A stretch of DNA of 64,000 bases, from IMG/VR virus record IMGVR_UViG_3300030097_000310, positions 2,760 to 66,759 of that record, one strand, 5' to 3'. The position numbers and the translations under genes were made by a program. The notes under the pieces are model-generated. The model did not search any database, was not told where the DNA came from, and saw nothing but the letters and a program-made list of their open reading frames with translations. Source of the DNA: a virus. Taxonomy: Duplodnaviria > Caudoviricetes. Below, one piece after another: positions 36,139 to 45,687 of the stretch. Each line of letters starts with the position of its first letter. The first letter of the stretch is position 1.

Positions 36139-37203
36139 CTACACCACCTTCCGTGCGTGTTGTTCCAGCTTCAACATAGCCTGCTCCGCGAGCTCGACGC
36201 GCCCGCCTAGATAGTGCGTATCGAGGATTGCCTCGACATCGCGCAGGCTATGGCCGGTAATCGCGGCGATCTGCGAATTACTGCAGCCAGCCAGCGCCAG
36301 GCGCGTAACGGCCGTACCGCGCAGGTCGTGGAAGTGCAGCTTCTCGCCTTTAGCCATCGGCAGGCCGCTATTGCGGTACGCTGTAGCCCACGACGCGCGG
36401 AATCCGTCTTCGGTCCACGGCTTGTTGCGTGTGTTCGTAAGGATGGACGTCGACACACGCGGCGCGGCATCAAGCATCTGCCTTAGCGTCTCGCCAACCG
36501 GAATCGTAACTCGTGCGCCTGTCTTACCTTGCTTGATGCGCAGCGACTTGCCGTCGTACGCATTCCACGCCACACGCAATAGGTCGCCTTCGCGCTGGCC
36601 TGTCCAAAGACCAAGCATTAGCGCCATCTGCAGCGGCCGTCTTGCCGCCTTCATCATGGCCGCGATGTGATCTTCTTCCCAAATGATTTCCGACCGATTA
36701 GCCTTGTATAGCCTGCCGCCGCGCTCGCACACGTTTACCGCAATGCGGCCGTTGTCCTTCGCTACAGACAGCACGCGCGCCAGCGTAACCCAAGCGTAAT
36801 CCGCGGAACGCGGCTTATCCGCCATCGTATCGCGCCATGCCTTGAACGAACCGCGCGCAGATGGATCCTGCACGGCCTCGATCGGCATGTCTGCAATCGC
36901 TGCGCTTTCGATCCTGCCTAGGTAAAGGTCGTAACCTCGGCGCGTCTTGTCTGCTTTCTCCGTGTATTCCGTCGATCGGCGGAACTCGTCGATAAGCGTT
37001 CGCAGCGTGTCGTCGTTCTTTTTCTTGTCCGCCTCGTGCGCGTCTGCGTAGGCTTTCGCTATGCGCTTGTCACCAGGCTGCAGCGCATTGCCGTCCGCGT
37101 CACTAAGCAGCGGACCGCCTCGCCAGGCGTACAGGTAATATTTCTGCTTGCCCCCGGCTAGTTTGGCTTTGACCTTGTGGATACCTTCAAGCACGACTCT
37201 CAC
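36139..37203 (-). CDS. int: Tyrosine integrase
   Basis: TGQREGDL (R), IKQGKT (K), HFHDLRGT (HxxR), ITGHS, THY. Confidence 0.95.
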   Translation of the reverse strand: MRVVLEGIHKVKAKLAGGKQKYYLYAWRGGPLLSDADGNALQPGDKRIAKAYADAHEADKKKNDDTLRTLIDEFRRSTEYTEKADKTRRGYDLYLGRIESAAIADMPIEAVQDPSARGSFKAWRDTMADKPRSADYAWVTLARVLSVAKDNGRIAVNVCERGGRLYKANRSEIIWEEDHIAAMMKAARRPLQMALMLGLWTGQREGDLLRVAWNAYDGKSLRIKQGKTGARVTIPVGETLRQMLDAAPRVSTSILTNTRNKPWTEDGFRASWATAYRNSGLPMAKGEKLHFHDLRGTAVTRLALAGCSNSQIAAITGHSLRDVEAILDTHYLGGRVELAEQAMLKLEQHARKVV

Positions 37204-37450
37204 TTTCCCGCTTCCACTTCTCGTAAGGTGTCTCCGTATTGGTTACACCTTTATCGAGACCGGAAGCTTTATCAAGCACCGCGTCGATCGCGCGTTTATC
37301 CCATCGCTTTGTCCATGCCAGCGCCGCCGGCATATAACCGTCGCTTACCCACGATGAAAACAGCGACGGACTAATGCCAAGGTAGGTGGATGCCTCCTGT
37401 CTGGTAAGAAGACGCGGTTCGTTATCGTTGGCTGGCGCGCTCACGGTCAT
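37187..37450 (-). CDS. xis: Excisionase-like HTH protein
   Basis: LLTRQEASTYLGIS..FSSWV..RWDKRAID; overlaps int start. Confidence 0.8.
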   Translation of the reverse strand: MTVSAPANDNEPRLLTRQEASTYLGISPSLFSSWVSDGYMPAALAWTKRWDKRAIDAVLDKASGLDKGVTNTETPYEKWKRESESRA

Positions 37451-37791
37451 GTGTCCTTGGAGTGGCGGAGACGGGCATCTTCGATTTCAGAATGATGCGC
37501 CCGCATTGGAACACGTTCTCCATCGTAGACAAACGCGCGTGTGTGCGCCGGAGGCTCCAGCGACCAAGCAGGACGTCCGCAGACATTGATCGGGTCGCCT
37601 ACGCCGGGGGGATTTGGCACAACCCTGCGTGTCGCGATTTCCATGAAGCGGCGAAATGTGCACCTGTCGTCATAGACTTGATACTTCCTCCACACATCAG
37701 CAAAGGCGGCGGCGGCAGTGACATGCGATGCAGTAACTGGCGGGAAGCCTTGTACGGTCACTTCGATTGTCTTGATAGGCTGTCCCATCAC
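37447..37791 (-). CDS. Hypothetical protein
   Basis: Coupled ORF. Confidence 0.55.
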   Translation of the reverse strand: MMGQPIKTIEVTVQGFPPVTASHVTAAAAFADVWRKYQVYDDRCTFRRFMEIATRRVVPNPPGVGDPINVCGRPAWSLEPPAHTRAFVYDGERVPMRAHHSEIEDARLRHSKDT

Positions 37792-38195
37792 TCCACCTCC
37801 ATAGAGCGGATGGCGGCGGCGAGCGGTTCGCCAAAGTCATAGATGGCGTCGGCGCGCTCCTTGAACCGCACGGCCTGTTCTTTGGCAAATTCTGGCTTTA
37901 TCCGTCTGCCGTTGAATTCCCCGCTGACGGCTGCATCGCGGTAGGCGTCGGATGTGTGCTGAAGGTCAATGCCCCAATTCTCAAGCTCTGTTTTAGCGCG
38001 CTCCGCAGCCGCCTCTCTCGCCTCCGCTTGGGCGGTCTTGGCAATGGGAGGGTAGACGGCTTCGATGCTAGCTCGAATATGCTTGCGGATTGAACCGGCA
38101 TCGTCGTCGCTGAATTGCTGCGGCCAGTGGAGCGGCCAGTACGCCCTGCATGCGGCTTCAACCATCTCGTCCGTAATCTCGATATCACCTGCCAT
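37788..38195 (-). CDS. Hypothetical protein
   Basis: MAGDIEITDEMVEAA start with AAGGA RBS. Confidence 0.6.
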   Translation of the reverse strand: MAGDIEITDEMVEAACRAYWPLHWPQQFSDDDAGSIRKHIRASIEAVYPPIAKTAQAEAREAAAERAKTELENWGIDLQHTSDAYRDAAVSGEFNGRRIKPEFAKEQAVRFKERADAIYDFGEPLAAAIRSMEVE

Positions 38196-38793
38196 TGTCT
38201 TGTCCTTGTAGGGTGGCGCGGCCTTTTTCGCTGATCGTGTCGTACTCGCCTGAGCCGCGGTAGTTTTCTTCGTCGTCGCACATGCGCTTGAGGTAGCCCT
38301 TGCTGCGCATTTCGATGATGACGTTGCCGACGAACGCACGGTCGCCGCCTGCGAACCATGCCTCTTCGCCGTCCTCCGAAAACACGATCCTGTCGCCGTC
38401 CGCGAGGCGCTGTAGAATTTCCATTGTGCTTTTGATTTCGCGCTTCGGCGGCATTTCCATGTGCGCCCCTGCGAGGGTGGCGCGGGCGCGGCGGACCTTT
38501 GACCAACACCATTCCGTAAACTCGTCATGGTTTGCGGACGGCTCTTTCCCAGTTTCGCGCTTGTACATTTCCTCAACTCGCAACGGGCCTGTTTCGAGTT
38601 CTTCACGGTCCATCGGCATGATTTCCAGAACTTCGCCGAGCGCCTTCTCAAGCTCAGCACAGCTGGCGCGGAGGCGGTCGATCTCGTCGATGCAAATCAA
38701 CGCGCCTCGACTTTCCCCTTTGATCTTCACCTTCGGGAGTGACGCTGCCTTTTTCATCGCCGCGTCCCGTGCCGCCCTCAGTGCGGCACTCAT
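38185..38793 (-). CDS. Hypothetical protein (possibly two fused modules)
   Basis: ATGA-coupled ORF. Confidence 0.5.
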   Translation of the reverse strand: MSAALRAARDAAMKKAASLPKVKIKGESRGALICIDEIDRLRASCAELEKALGEVLEIMPMDREELETGPLRVEEMYKRETGKEPSANHDEFTEWCWSKVRRARATLAGAHMEMPPKREIKSTMEILQRLADGDRIVFSEDGEEAWFAGGDRAFVGNVIIEMRSKGYLKRMCDDEENYRGSGEYDTISEKGRATLQGQDNGR

Positions 38794-38945
38794 CGCGCAG
38801 CAGCCAAAAGCGCAGCGAGCTCGCGCGCTGTATCACGCAACTTGCGCGCGATAGGCGAGCGGCCGTACTTGCTGGCGATGTGATAGAGCAGCCACGGCTT
38901 GCTGCCCTGCGCGAATGCTTCTTGTGCTGTGATTACCGGATACAT
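38790..38945 (-). CDS. Small hypothetical protein
   Basis: AGGAG RBS and two AACCACCAC copies in leader; MYPVITAQEAF... 51 aa. Confidence 0.55.
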   Translation of the reverse strand: MYPVITAQEAFAQGSKPWLLYHIASKYGRSPIARKLRDTARELAALLAAAR

Positions 38946-38972
38946 TGTGGTGGTTCTCCTGTGGTGGTTAGG

Positions 38973-40094
38973 TCAGTAGCGCCAAACGGCGCCGTGCAGT
39001 GGTCGGTATGCGTCTACCTGCGTTTGGCTGTTGCAGTTGGCTGCAAGGCGCTCCGTGATAGCCTGGCGCGGTGCGACGCCGTCGTAAATTTGAAAAGCTA
39101 GTGGACGCAACGACTGATGCAGCCTCGGCACAACTGTCGTTGCGAACGTCTTTCTGTCGTAACCGTTGTCGTTATCAGCAATAATCGCCCAAAGCGCCTC
39201 TGCCTGTTCCGCGATACCTAACTCGACCGCAGTCGCATACTCGCGGACAGCATCAGCGTCCGCGTCGTCGAGCAGCGGCAGAACGTCGTCAATGCCGCCG
39301 CTTAGCACTAGCGCGAGAATGTTCTTCTCGTGCATGATGCTGTCCTTGGCGCGGTGCTTCAGGACGTAGTCCTCGCCTTTGGCTTTCACCCATAGTCCGC
39401 TATCGAACCGCACGACGAAGCCTTCCGCGCCTTGTATCGCTCGAGCGTAAGCGAGAAAGTCCGCGGCACTGTTGTGGCGCTGCGTGTGGTGGGCGACGTG
39501 GGGTATGCCCATGTCCTTGGCCCAATCCTCGACAACAGCGCGCGGGTAGTAATGGCCGTCTTCGTTGCGTCTTATAGCCAATAGGGTAAGCGCGCTTTCT
39601 TCGTACCGCACCACTATGCGGTTATCCGGCGCCGTCCATTCGAAAATCGGAGTCGCTGGATGCTCTCCATGCATTAGAATGGCGCACTCGCGCTCAATGG
39701 CGCGCGTGAAATGCCGCTCCGCGCGCAACGCATGGTCTGTCCGGCCCATGCGCGTCATAAAGCAACCGACGCCGTTCACGAACGCTGCGTGGATCATCGT
39801 GCCGTCAAGCTTCTCCGTAACACTGTGCGGCTCGTTGAAGTCGATCGCCGCCGGCTGTGTTTCCTCGCGCTCGCCGATATTAAAGAATTTGTGGAATGGC
39901 CGCGCCAGGATGCTGCCGTCGCGCGCAAACTTGATGCCGCGACACTCGCGCCGTATCGGATCGTCGAAGCTGTCCGGCAAGGCGTATACGTAGTCAATGA
40001 CTGTGTAATCGCCTTTGTCGACAACGACGAAATCGGTTCGGTCCTTGACGGACGGCAAAACGTCGTCGATGTGGGTTATGGTGGGGTGGGTCAT
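38973..40094 (-). CDS. T4 Rnl1-like RNA ligase
   Basis: RECRG..ARPFHKFFNIGE, EKLDGTMI (motif I), EGFVV, WVKAKG. Confidence 0.92.
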   Translation of the reverse strand: MTHPTITHIDDVLPSVKDRTDFVVVDKGDYTVIDYVYALPDSFDDPIRRECRGIKFARDGSILARPFHKFFNIGEREETQPAAIDFNEPHSVTEKLDGTMIHAAFVNGVGCFMTRMGRTDHALRAERHFTRAIERECAILMHGEHPATPIFEWTAPDNRIVVRYEESALTLLAIRRNEDGHYYPRAVVEDWAKDMGIPHVAHHTQRHNSAADFLAYARAIQGAEGFVVRFDSGLWVKAKGEDYVLKHRAKDSIMHEKNILALVLSGGIDDVLPLLDDADADAVREYATAVELGIAEQAEALWAIIADNDNGYDRKTFATTVVPRLHQSLRPLAFQIYDGVAPRQAITERLAANCNSQTQVDAYRPLHGAVWRY

Positions 40095-40297
40095 ACCGCC
40101 ACCTCCGCAATCGCGCGCTCGGCAATCTTGCGCATGTCGATGACCTTCGACGTACCAAGCTCGCCGTTATTGCTGCGGTCGATTATCTCGCGGAGAGCGG
40201 CGAGGAATACGTCGTATCCCTTAACGCGCCGTTCTATTTCTGCCTTAACTCGTTGCACTTCAGTGGTCATGCTTTCGTCCTCGCGATTCCATTTCAC
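40091..40297 (-). CDS. Hypothetical protein (start may be 40270)
   Basis: First ORF after promoter 40329. Confidence 0.5.
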   Translation of the reverse strand: MKWNREDESMTTEVQRVKAEIERRVKGYDVFLAALREIIDRSNNGELGTSKVIDMRKIAERAIAEVAV

Positions 40298-40300
40298 GCC

Positions 40301-40329
40301 AATCTAGGCGTTTTCGCCTATTAATGCAA
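40301..40329 (-). promoter_or_regulatory. Leftward promoter with symmetric operator 40305-40320
   Basis: TTGCAT-N17-TAGATT; TAGGCG-TTTT-CGCCTA. Confidence 0.85.
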
Positions 40330-40372
40330 CAAAAAAATGCGCGAACGCATACCGCCCGCGCATTGTCTTTTT

Positions 40373-41047
40373 TCAGCGCAAAAACGGCTCGGCAATAAAG
40401 GAGTACATAACAATCCCGGTAATCGTTATGTCATCGTCGCTCTTGCCAACCTCGATCGGCGCCTGAAACTCCGGGTCGTGAGAGCGCGGCCATAGCCATT
40501 TCTTGCCGTTTTCATCGACGACATATTCCTTTAGGGTAGCTTCGTATAAACCGTCTTTATTGCGCCGTTGAACCAATACCCGCTGTCCGCTTTTTGGCTT
40601 TAGTCCGTTCGCAATAGTTGACGAAACGAATACAAGCGACCCGCTTGGATAAACCTTGTTCATGCTGTTGCCTTGGACGAGGTAGCCGGTCATGGGCATG
40701 TCCGGCATGTTTGGATGCCAAGGAATAGGCACGTCATATTGCTCGTCTGGCGGCCACTCTACCGCCTCCCGCCAAACGCCGGCCTGAAGCGGTGCGACAA
40801 CGCGAAACGTTTTGACGTTTTGCGCCGTGTTTCGCGGCGCCGCCTTGATGCCAAGAAAAGCGCTTACCGGCATGCCGGCCATATCGGCCAGCACTGCGAT
40901 CGACTTTGAACCCGGCTTATCGATGCCGCGCTCCCATTTTGAAACGGTCGCCTGGTCGACGCCGCACTGCTTGGCAAGATCGGTCTGTGTAAGGCCGACA
41001 TCCTTTCGCAGCTTCTTTACTCGCTGCCCTATGGTTTCTGTCTTCAT
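40373..41047 (-). CDS. cI: CI-like repressor (HTH + S24 peptidase)
   Basis: LTQTDLAKQCGVDQATVSKWERG; GNSMNKVY; EATLKEY. Confidence 0.93.
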   Translation of the reverse strand: MKTETIGQRVKKLRKDVGLTQTDLAKQCGVDQATVSKWERGIDKPGSKSIAVLADMAGMPVSAFLGIKAAPRNTAQNVKTFRVVAPLQAGVWREAVEWPPDEQYDVPIPWHPNMPDMPMTGYLVQGNSMNKVYPSGSLVFVSSTIANGLKPKSGQRVLVQRRNKDGLYEATLKEYVVDENGKKWLWPRSHDPEFQAPIEVGKSDDDITITGIVMYSFIAEPFLR

Positions 41048-41105
41048 TTTCCATTCTCCCTGTCTAGCCGCCTCATATGCGCTTTTGCGCTTTTTTTGCA
41101 ACGGC

Positions 41106-41157
41106 TAGGCGTTATCGCATATTTATCCTTGACCGTATAGGCGAAAAAGCATATCCC
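41106..41157 (+). promoter_or_regulatory. Genetic switch: two operators (41106-41121, 41138-41153) and rightward promoter
   Basis: TTGACC-N17-TATCCC in the cI/cro intergenic region. Confidence 0.85.
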
Positions 41158-41229
41158 TTGTGACGTAGTAAACGAATCCCGGCAAAAAAGTTAAAATTTT
41201 CGGGAAACCACCACAAAGGACGCTCACTC

Positions 41230-41463
41230 ATGAACGTTGAAAAGAGCGCCTGCGCCATGCGGGCTGACGGGAAGTCAATCGCCACCATCGCCGAGAAACT
41301 CGGCATCTCCAAACAGTGGGCGTACAAATGCGCCGGTAACACGCCGCCGGCTGAACCGCGCGACGACGCCAATACGGTCATTCATTACGCGCCCGACGTT
41401 GACGGCTATCGAAAGCCGGTCCGCATGCCGCGCATCGCCGCAATCGATGGAGTTGCAGCATGA
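41230..41463 (+). CDS. Cro-like HTH protein
   Basis: GKSIATIAEKLGISKQWAY; divergent from cI. Confidence 0.75.
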   Translation: MNVEKSACAMRADGKSIATIAEKLGISKQWAYKCAGNTPPAEPRDDANTVIHYAPDVDGYRKPVRMPRIAAIDGVAA

Positions 41464-41654
41464 CCGCCGTCAAGGCGGCGGCAACGCAGTACGAGCTCGG
41501 CGACGAAATCGAAATCACCGTAAAGGGCGTCATTGTCGGCTCGTCGGAATTTCTAGATGGCGGCAGAAGCTATCTCGTCGAAACAGACGAAGGCGGGCGC
41601 AAGAAGCGCCAGTGGGTTGGTTTGCAGCGCATGAAGGACGGCGCCAATGTTTGA
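41460..41654 (+). CDS. Hypothetical small beta protein
   Basis: YELGDEI SH3/KOW-like start. Confidence 0.55.
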   Translation: MTAVKAAATQYELGDEIEITVKGVIVGSSEFLDGGRSYLVETDEGGRKKRQWVGLQRMKDGANV

Positions 41655-41922
41655 CGAATGGCTCGGATACGAGATCGGCGAATTCGTCAAACTGCGGATT
41701 AACGGCTGGCTTGGGCAGGTTCTGAATTTCAGACAGACCAACTTCGGCGAGGAGGAATACGAACTGCGCGTTTGGACTGGATCCGAACTGTACCGCGCAT
41801 GGTTCGTCGAAAGCGAACTTGTCGGCGACTCGGCAGGCGACGGAGAAACCAACGAAGTCAAAGCGAACACGACGGCGCAGGTGATCGACCTAGCGGCGGC
41901 TAGAGCTAAAGGAGTGGCATGA
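41647..41922 (+). CDS. Hypothetical protein
   Basis: YEIGEFVKL SH3/KOW-like start. Confidence 0.6.
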   Translation: MFDEWLGYEIGEFVKLRINGWLGQVLNFRQTNFGEEEYELRVWTGSELYRAWFVESELVGDSAGDGETNEVKANTTAQVIDLAAARAKGVA

Positions 41923-43244
41923 TGGAAGAGAAGTTTAAAGCGGGTGATCGAATCGAATACACAGATTCCGATTACGCGTTCGTGGTCGACCACTGGAACC
42001 AATACTGGAGAGAAAGCGAGGGCAACCTTGAAGAGATTTATGCTGTCTCGTTTTCTGGCAATCTTATCGGGATAAGCAACAGGCCGGGCGGCAGCGGGCC
42101 GTATTATGACGCGGAATCGTTCCGCAAGGCGCGTGAGTCTGCCATGACGCCGAAATTCAAAGTAGGCGACCGCGTTGTAAGTCGCGACTACATGTTCGGC
42201 GAGGACTGTTACGGAACCGTCGACGTCGTTGACGGCAATGGCTATATTTACGCAACCGATTGGACGGTCGGCTGCCCTTCTGGACACATTCATAGCGGAG
42301 ACCTCGAACTCGCACCGCCGCCCTTCAAGGCAGGCGAAGTCATCCGCGTAACGACGGACCAGGACACGTGGGTGTATTCCGGCATGGTCGGAACCGTTCT
42401 CGAAACAGCGGCAACCAACATGCACGTCGATTTCGGCAACGACAAGGTTTGGTGGGTCGATTACGTCAATGCCGAGGCGGCGCCACTTCACATCGAGGCT
42501 GGCAAATACTACGTCGATACGACTGGCAAGCGCGTCGGTCCGATGCGTAAGTGGTCAGACGACACTAGTCATCCTTGGGAGTGTCCGCGTAGCGACGGCG
42601 ACATTTACCGCGTCGACGGTAGCAGCGATTACGGTCCGAATTTGGTGCGTGAAGCACATATTTTCGAGTTGCGCGAAGTTGTAAAGGACGGTGTCACAGT
42701 CAATAGCAATAGCACGGATCGCCGCGAACCGAAGTTCAAGGTCGGTGATCGAATCGAAGTCGCAAAGAGCGGGATGGCGGCTGACGTTGGTCACAAAGGT
42801 CGCGTAGGACCAAGGGGTGAATACCAATGCGGCATCGTAAAAACAAAACTTATCGACGTTGTATGGGACGACACGGAAGGACGCAACGGGCAGTGCAACG
42901 GCGGGTATTTTGAAGACACAATTCGACACGCCACATCCAACACCGCCATCGTCGCCAAGTTGGCCAGCAACGGGACTCCGCGACCAACGCACAAGCCGTA
43001 TGTCCACGCCAATGTCGAAAGCGCGAAGGCCGAAGCGCAGCGGCTTGCCGACATGACGCCTGGCACAGAGTTCGCGGTTTACGAGCGCGTCGATATTCGC
43101 AAAGTCGAAAAGAAGTACGACCACGAATGGCAGCGGCTTGCAGTCGAAAAGTCATCCAAGGCCGGCGCTATCGCCGAGCTGAAGAAAACTGCAGGCATCA
43201 CGACTGCGCAGGCTAGCCGTATCGTTTACGATTACGCAGCCTAA
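41919..43244 (+). CDS. Multi-module protein with repeated KF(K)xGDRV (SH3/KOW-like) units
   Basis: KFKAGDRI, KFKVGDRV, PFKAGEVI, HIEAGKYY, KFKVGDRI. Confidence 0.7.
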   Translation: MMEEKFKAGDRIEYTDSDYAFVVDHWNQYWRESEGNLEEIYAVSFSGNLIGISNRPGGSGPYYDAESFRKARESAMTPKFKVGDRVVSRDYMFGEDCYGTVDVVDGNGYIYATDWTVGCPSGHIHSGDLELAPPPFKAGEVIRVTTDQDTWVYSGMVGTVLETAATNMHVDFGNDKVWWVDYVNAEAAPLHIEAGKYYVDTTGKRVGPMRKWSDDTSHPWECPRSDGDIYRVDGSSDYGPNLVREAHIFELREVVKDGVTVNSNSTDRREPKFKVGDRIEVAKSGMAADVGHKGRVGPRGEYQCGIVKTKLIDVVWDDTEGRNGQCNGGYFEDTIRHATSNTAIVAKLASNGTPRPTHKPYVHANVESAKAEAQRLADMTPGTEFAVYERVDIRKVEKKYDHEWQRLAVEKSSKAGAIAELKKTAGITTAQASRIVYDYAA

Positions 43245-43299
43245 CCACAACACCGCAACGCCGCCTGTGCCAAAGCGCAGGCGGTAAAGGATACGCGAC

Positions 43300-43479
43300 A
43301 TGGAATCGAGACAGGTACGGCGCGCAACGGCACGCCACGAAGCGAAAGTGCGCGCTGCAGAAGATGCCGGACGCAAATATCCGGAGTCGCGCTACGAACC
43401 GTTTACAGCAACCGGCAAGTCGTATCCGCGAAGCAGTGCGCGCGAGGCAGAACGGCACGCAAGGAGCAACGCGAAATGA
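43300..43479 (+). CDS. Small basic protein
   Basis: AAAGGA RBS; ATGA coupled to next gene. Confidence 0.5.
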   Translation: MESRQVRRATARHEAKVRAAEDAGRKYPESRYEPFTATGKSYPRSSAREAERHARSNAK

Positions 43480-43811
43480 AAGCCTTCCAGAAAGTACTGC
43501 AGGACGAATACGGTGCCGACACAAAACTAGGGTCGCCAGCCGTCAACATCGATCGGCGGCGCGAGACGCTTGCCGCGATGACAGGAGGGCGCGGCTTTTG
43601 CACGCCGCCTATGGAGCCTGCGGTTGATGCACAGGGAAGAACGCGCGGCGACAGACGTCGCGCCGCTGGAGCGGTTGCAATGGCCAAGGTTAGCGAACAG
43701 CGCGCGCCTGAATTCATGCATAGCGCGGCGCGTAGGCGGGCATTTCCAAACGATTATCCAGAGCCGAGGCCGATGGTCGGCATTCTGAAAACGATGAAGG
43801 AAGCAGCATAA
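43476..43811 (+). CDS. Hypothetical protein
   Basis: AAGGAG RBS; ends MKEAA. Confidence 0.55.
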   Translation: MKAFQKVLQDEYGADTKLGSPAVNIDRRRETLAAMTGGRGFCTPPMEPAVDAQGRTRGDRRRAAGAVAMAKVSEQRAPEFMHSAARRRAFPNDYPEPRPMVGILKTMKEAA

Positions 43812-44167
43812 TGAATACGTTATCATGGCTATTGTACGCGGCGGAGGTGTCGGCAAGGCTTGGTGGATTTTTATTGGCGATTGCCATTCTATCTGCGTTT
43901 GCGGTTGTCTCTGTATCAGCGGCTACTGCAGTGCATGACGACGCCAACCGCATTTCGCCAAACCGCGGGCCGCGCATGTTCCGGTTTCTTTGGGTGCCTG
44001 CTTTGGCGGCACTTGCAGCATGCGCAATCCCGTCTTCAAGCACTGTCTATATGATCGCAGCAAGTGAGGCAGGCGAGGCGGTTATGCAGACGCCGGACGC
44101 GCAGGAAATGATGGGCGACGTTAAGACGCTTATCAAGAAGCGCCTGCGCGAGGAGATTGCCGAATGA
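43811..44167 (+). CDS. Membrane protein
   Basis: Two hydrophobic segments. Confidence 0.65.
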   Translation: MNTLSWLLYAAEVSARLGGFLLAIAILSAFAVVSVSAATAVHDDANRISPNRGPRMFRFLWVPALAALAACAIPSSSTVYMIAASEAGEAVMQTPDAQEMMGDVKTLIKKRLREEIAE

Positions 44168-44355
44168 CCCACAACGACGTACCAGCCGGCTGCGCAATAC
44201 CGGCCGCATTACTCGCGCTATCTGCAATCCCGGCGTGGTTCACGCATCTTTACGTGTGCTTTACAGCAGGCGCATGGGGTTTCCTTATTGCCGGTGCCAT
44301 CTTCGCACCCGTCGCCGTAGTCCACGGATGGGGCGTCTGGTTTGGTGTCTGGTAA
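44164..44355 (+). CDS. Small membrane protein
   Basis: WFTHLYVC..GAIFAPVAVVHGWGVW. Confidence 0.6.
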   Translation: MTHNDVPAGCAIPAALLALSAIPAWFTHLYVCFTAGAWGFLIAGAIFAPVAVVHGWGVWFGVW

Positions 44356-44476
44356 TGCAACCATACGACGCCTTCTTTGACAAACCGATTAGCATACCAG
44401 GCGGACCGTGGAAGCCGTTCATCTTCGCGCTAATCGCAATCGCCGCAATCATCATAGTACGGAGCCTGTTTACGTA

Positions 44477-45274
44477 ATGGCACTTTCAATTTCATCACTG
44501 AAATCCAGCAAATCTGGCAACCCGCCTATAACGCTGATTTACGGCGTCGATGGCATCGGCAAGACAACACTCGCCGGAGAGTGGCCGTCGCCGATCTACC
44601 TACCAACGGAAGGCGAAAGCACGCCAAGCGATTTTGAGTTGCCGACGCCAGGAGATATCGAATCGTTCGATGCACTGCTTGACGTGTTCGGCGAGTTGCT
44701 GACCGAAGAACATGAATTCAAGACCGTGATCATCGACAGCCTGGACGGACTTGAGAATCTTGTATGGGACGCGACATGCGCGCGGTTGGGGGTCCAGTCG
44801 ATCGAGGAGCCTGGTTACGGCCGCGGCTACGTAGAGGCTGACAGCGAGTGGCGCGAGTTTCTTGGTGCGCTCGCCGCGCTCAAGAAGTCTGGCATGCACG
44901 TCGTGATGTTGGCGCACCCGGAAATCATCCGGTTCGATTCGCCAACGACCGACCCTTACAGTCGATACGTTCCGAAGTTGCATAAAAGGGCTAATGCGCT
45001 TGTCAGGGAGCAGGCAGATATCGTTGCATTCATGAACTACCGCGTCAGCCTGAAAGAAAAAGAAGTGGGTCACAACAAGAAGGTCACGCACGCCGAAGGC
45101 GGTAAGGAGCGACAGATACACCTATCGGAAGGGGCTGGATTCATGGCTAAGAACCGCTACTCCCTCCCGGATTCGATCTCATACAAGAGGGGCGAAGGCT
45201 TCAATGCGCTGGCGAAATACTGGTCGCCCGCAGCTAACGACAACGGCAAGGCTGGAAAGAAGGAGGCTGCTTGA
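44477..45274 (+). CDS. AAA_24 / Sak4-like ATP-binding recombination protein
   Basis: YGVDGIGKTT, VIIDSLD, PGYGRGY, LAH, AKNRY. Confidence 0.88.
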   Translation: MALSISSLKSSKSGNPPITLIYGVDGIGKTTLAGEWPSPIYLPTEGESTPSDFELPTPGDIESFDALLDVFGELLTEEHEFKTVIIDSLDGLENLVWDATCARLGVQSIEEPGYGRGYVEADSEWREFLGALAALKKSGMHVVMLAHPEIIRFDSPTTDPYSRYVPKLHKRANALVREQADIVAFMNYRVSLKEKEVGHNKKVTHAEGGKERQIHLSEGAGFMAKNRYSLPDSISYKRGEGFNALAKYWSPAANDNGKAGKKEAA

Positions 45275-45453
45275 TGCGTGTAATAAACAATCCGACAATC
45301 AAGTTCGACGACGATACGGAAGTCAAGATGCTTCTGAAGGATGGGGAAAATGTCATTGAAATCGAACAGGGCAACGATATAGTCTGGATTCCTATCAAAG
45401 AGGCAAAGGAATTCTGCGCAGCGCTTGATGCTTTCGTGAAGGAGGTGGTTTGA
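45271..45453 (+). CDS. Hypothetical protein
   Basis: Coupled ORF. Confidence 0.55.
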   Translation: MMRVINNPTIKFDDDTEVKMLLKDGENVIEIEQGNDIVWIPIKEAKEFCAALDAFVKEVV

Positions 45454-45662
45454 TGGCAGACAGCGAGTACACAGCAACGCTTGAGCGATGGTCATTCGCA
45501 CATGGATATTACTTTGGTGCCATTTACGGCGACAAAAAAGAAAGGTTCGCTGACGGATCAGTCGTTCGCACTAGCCTGAATAAATCAAAGCCAGGCAAGG
45601 AGGGCGACATCATCACCACATCGAACAGCCGTTACCTCCTCGGCAAGCCAGCCACCACCTAA
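45450..45662 (+). CDS. Hypothetical protein
   Basis: GAIYGDKKERFADG..RTS..TSNSRYLLG. Confidence 0.6.
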   Translation: MMADSEYTATLERWSFAHGYYFGAIYGDKKERFADGSVVRTSLNKSKPGKEGDIITTSNSRYLLGKPATT

Positions 45663-45687
45663 ACCACCACGAAAGGCAACCACCACA

